The notes beneath the pieces are model-generated. The model searched no databases, was not told where the DNA came from, and saw only the letters and a program-made list of their open reading frames with translations. From Candidatus Magasanikiibacteriota bacterium (GTDB lineage: Bacteria; Patescibacteriota; Patescibacteriia; Magasanikbacterales; UBA10003): a DNA stretch of 37,954 nucleotides. Both the position numbers and the translations under genes were made by a program. The stretch spans positions 1 to 37,954 of the forward strand of contig JACROI010000025.1 in NCBI GenBank assembly GCA_016214465.1. The letters run 5' to 3'. Positions 35,350 through 37,954 of the stretch are shown piece by piece (positions within the stretch are counted from its first letter, which is position 1; every line of letters begins with the position of its first letter).

Positions 35350-35429
35350 AGTGAGTGAAAAGTGAAAATTTATTTTCACTTTTCCGAGCAAGGGTATTAT
35401 ATACCTTAGTATATGATACCAGCATTGTA

Positions 35430-35506
35430 TGTCATTGCGAGCAAAGCGAAGCAATCTCGTGATCCAAATATGAGATTGCTTCGTCGCTTCGCTCCTCGAA
35501 ATGACA
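35430..35506. repeat. Full intergenic copy of the palindromic repeat family
   Basis: TGTCATTGCGAGCAAAGCGAAGCAATCTC...GAGATTGCTTCGTCGCTTCGCTCCTCGAAATGACA. Confidence 0.88.
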
Positions 35507-35524
35507 AAACAAAAATTCTATTTT

Positions 35525-35935
35525 TTATTCTTGGTCTTTCTTTTTCGCGCCCATCCAGTGCAAAGCAAACAAAGGCAAGCCAACCACAATCATGGAAATG
35601 TCCCGCACCAAATCCTGTTCGCGTTGAGCCAGACGGTCTTCCTCGGCTCTTTTTTTGTTTTCCGCTTCTTGCTTTTCGCAATCTTCTTTGGAAATCGGCG
35701 TTACCTCGGGCGCTGTTTTAACATTGGGATCTTTTATTGCCGCCACTGGCACATTGCAAGACATTGCCTGATAATAAGAAAAATTATCAGCGCGTTTAAA
35801 AATATACATCCTCAATGCTGTATTGACCAAATCAGCCAAAGAAAAAACGACCATCATTAAGGCCACGAAAGAGACCAGATAAAAATAGATTTTTTTGATC
35901 AACAAAATTTTGTTTATCGCGCCGGCATTATCCAT
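35525..35935 (-). CDS. Two-TM membrane protein (DUF5671-like)
   Basis: KKIYFYLVSFVAL...IVVGLPLFALHW. Promoter TTGACT-17 bp-TATCAT at 35997-35969. Confidence 0.7.
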   Translation of the reverse strand: MDNAGAINKILLIKKIYFYLVSFVALMMVVFSLADLVNTALRMYIFKRADNFSYYQAMSCNVPVAAIKDPNVKTAPEVTPISKEDCEKQEAENKKRAEEDRLAQREQDLVRDISMIVVGLPLFALHWMGAKKKDQE

Positions 35936-36007
35936 AATGAATAAAGATTAAGAATTAAATACACTGTTATGATAATTGAAAAAACCAAAACAGTCAAGAT
36001 ATGTGAT

Positions 36008-36066
36008 AAAAAAGTGGTCCGATAGGCAGGGGTACCTACGGACCACAGGGCTGTAGTTCACAGCCC
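36008..36066 (-). terminator. Double hairpin/terminator downstream of the GC-rich ORF
   Basis: GGGCTGTG-aac-TACAGCCC, then GTGGTCCG...CGGACCAC plus TTTTTT on the minus strand. Confidence 0.7.
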
Positions 36067-36089
36067 AAGAACTTGTTGCCAAGAATCGG

Positions 36090-36509
36090 CTAGGACGCGA
36101 CGCTCGGCCGCAGCAAAGCGTTCATGGACCCGATGCCGCGCAGGAACTTGACCCGCTCATCGCCACCGCTCATGCAGCGACGCACATCACTGATGTAGCG
36201 CTTCAGGAAAGGAAGCCGCTCCGTCAGCTGATGAACATCCTGCTCCGGACGCGTGGCCGCGAATGTCTGAAAGTTAAAGACCCTGATCGACGGGCTTTTG
36301 CGGCTGCCGAGCTCAATTCCGGGAATCCGGCCGTTTCTGCCGAAGCTGGACACACGGCTGTTGAAAGCCGAGCCGCTGATGCGCGCGACCTCTTTCAGCT
36401 CCCACGGACCATCCGAACCATCGGGCGAGTACGGAACCATGATGATCACCTGCTCCTCCGAAACCCCCAGAGCAATATTCGTCAACGCACAGACCTTGTT
36501 ACCTTTCAA
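36090..36509 (-). CDS. Hypothetical protein, GC-rich
   Basis: TTG start with AAGGAG SD and its own terminator. No recognisable motif. Confidence 0.55.
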   Translation of the reverse strand: MKGNKVCALTNIALGVSEEQVIIMVPYSPDGSDGPWELKEVARISGSAFNSRVSSFGRNGRIPGIELGSRKSPSIRVFNFQTFAATRPEQDVHQLTERLPFLKRYISDVRRCMSGGDERVKFLRGIGSMNALLRPSVAS

Positions 36510-36644
36510 AGTATCACTCCTTCTTAGAACTTGAATGTTGTTTTTCGCGAACTCCTTGCTCGCGAAATCCGAAAGGACTCCCCACTGTCCTTTATGAGGA
36601 ATATATTAATCGAAAAGAGTCAAAAAGTCAAGAGGCTGTCAATC

Positions 36645-37172
36645 TTATTCCTCAACTTCATTGATTAGAGACAAATATTTTTCAATTACCGCGCGGCCGA
36701 ATTTTTCTTCTTCTACATGTCGGAATTGTTCCAACATCGCCGTTTCAACTTCCTTGGTTAAAGCAGTCTCAGCCATTGGATACAAAATGTTATCTTCTTT
36801 AAAAATATGCTCCTGCAACAGTTGCGCGTAATTGCGCGCGTTCTCCATAATTTTAACCGCGTCTTCCACTGCCAACCCTTCTTCCAACCCTTTTACAAAT
36901 CCCCGCCCCAAATCATGCTCATAAAGCATCTGTCCGATCGGATTGCAATGCATATTGGCCTCGGGCTTGTTTAATTCCACGAATAAAATATCCTCTTCTT
37001 TGGCATGATGAAATTTATCGGCGTAATGTTTGATAAAATCCACCGCTCTTTCAAAAAATGATTTCTTCAACGGCTGGCCAGATTCCAAAGTCGTACATTC
37101 TTTGAGCAACAAATCCAACATCTTTAAAATGTTTTGATGTTCGGCCGAAAGTATTTTGGTTGTCTCTCTCAT
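36645..37172 (-). CDS. Hemerythrin/HHE cation-binding domain protein
   Basis: EH..I, HHAKEEDILF, EHDLGR and HIFKEDNILYP motifs. Confidence 0.88.
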   Translation of the reverse strand: MRETTKILSAEHQNILKMLDLLLKECTTLESGQPLKKSFFERAVDFIKHYADKFHHAKEEDILFVELNKPEANMHCNPIGQMLYEHDLGRGFVKGLEEGLAVEDAVKIMENARNYAQLLQEHIFKEDNILYPMAETALTKEVETAMLEQFRHVEEEKFGRAVIEKYLSLINEVEE

Positions 37173-37173
37173 A

Positions 37174-37839
37174 TTATTGTATTTGAATATGTTTGTTAAA
37201 TAATTTTTGAAAATAAATCAAAATGGCGAAAATCAAGCAACTCGCGCCGAACATTTCCAATCCCTCCTCCGCCACAATCAATATGTAATACAACGGCACA
37301 TTGATGATAATCTGCAAAAGCAAGTAGCGGCCAAAAAACTCCACGCCCAAGCTACCGGCTAACAAAACAACGCCAATCAAAAACCACCAAAATGCTTCAC
37401 GACAATCTTTTCGCAATTCAAGTATCAAACCAAAAAACACCAAGAGTCCAGCAATGATAAAAGGCGTATAAAAAATCAGCCAATTGAACGACTCGCCATA
37501 AAATCCGCCAAAACCAAAAATGTTATTTAACACAAACCCCATACGCTCGTGAATGACCATCATATCGTCTAGGCCGATGTATGCCAGTCCCAAAGCCAAA
37601 AACAAAAAAAGCGCTTGTTTAAAACGCGAACTTTTTAATCGGCGCAAAATATAAAAACTTATCAAAGCGATTGTGGCCCCACTCCATAATTTAATGCCGG
37701 CGTAAAGCGAGCCGAGATTTCCTTCTTTATCCAAATCAAAAAAACCGAATTTTTTGCGCAGAAAAAAATGTAACAAAATAAGGGCCAGGTCAGCCCCAAA
37801 AAATATAAAAATAATATAATTTTTTCTAAAAAAGGACAT
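37174..37839 (-). CDS. Multi-pass membrane hypothetical protein
   Basis: About 6 TM helices with LDD...IHE and EEGLEM.G motifs. Start set at MSFFRK because the longer ORF overlaps tRNA-Pro. Confidence 0.7.
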   Translation of the reverse strand: MSFFRKNYIIFIFFGADLALILLHFFLRKKFGFFDLDKEGNLGSLYAGIKLWSGATIALISFYILRRLKSSRFKQALFLFLALGLAYIGLDDMMVIHERMGFVLNNIFGFGGFYGESFNWLIFYTPFIIAGLLVFFGLILELRKDCREAFWWFLIGVVLLAGSLGVEFFGRYLLLQIIINVPLYYILIVAEEGLEMFGASCLIFAILIYFQKLFNKHIQIQ

Positions 37840-37853
37840 ATTGGGTTTAAAAA

Positions 37854-37927
37854 TCGGGCTGGTGGGACTTGAACCCACGACCTTCTGGTCCCAAACCAGA
37901 CGCTCTAGCCAACTGAGCCACAGCCCG
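37854..37927 (-). tRNA. tRNA-Pro (TGG)
   Basis: Acceptor stem CGGGCTG/CAGCCCG; anticodon arm CTGGT-tTGGg-ACCAG region; GGTTCAAGTCC. Confidence 0.95.
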
Positions 37928-37954
37928 ACCAATATCTATCAATTTACAGTATTG

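Noticed and set aside
35406-35860. ORFs 35406..35681, 35413..35721 and 35501..35860
   Set aside because: Shadow frames over the palindromic repeat and the DUF5671-like gene.
37840-37932. N-terminal extension of the membrane ORF
   Set aside because: It is the translated tRNA-Pro sequence.
1-37954. CRISPR array, integrase, reverse transcriptase/DGR, rRNA
   Set aside because: No regularly spaced repeats, TR/VR pair or corresponding protein motifs were seen by eye.

Overview
AT-rich bacterial chromosomal window. Gene content, near-leaderless sigma70 promoters, tRNAs mostly lacking CCA and a giant secreted Ig/FN3 protein suggest Patescibacteria/CPR (inference). Genetic code 11. Contents in order: glycosyltransferase genes; RNase P RNA, whose 3' end and terminator are duplicated around a lone RhuM gene; an interrupted hypothetical gene; glnA; tRNA-Asn; trpS; rnj; AEC transporter; tRNA-Arg; a FemABX-like gene carrying in-frame palindromic repeat insertions; ruvA; a NIF3-like gene; P-type ATPase; AbiE type IV toxin-antitoxin pair; ileS; a split ~2,850-aa surface protein; an rpiB-(MITE)-rpe-aminotransferase remnant-trxB-tkt-pfkB-ldh operon; tRNA-Gly; small hypotheticals; a hemerythrin-like gene; tRNA-Pro. 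The most striking element is absent from the ORF track: a leaderless 22-aa poly-Asn leader peptide with a complete 1:2 / 2:3 / 3:4 attenuator directly upstream of tRNA-Asn(GTT) and glutamine synthetase.
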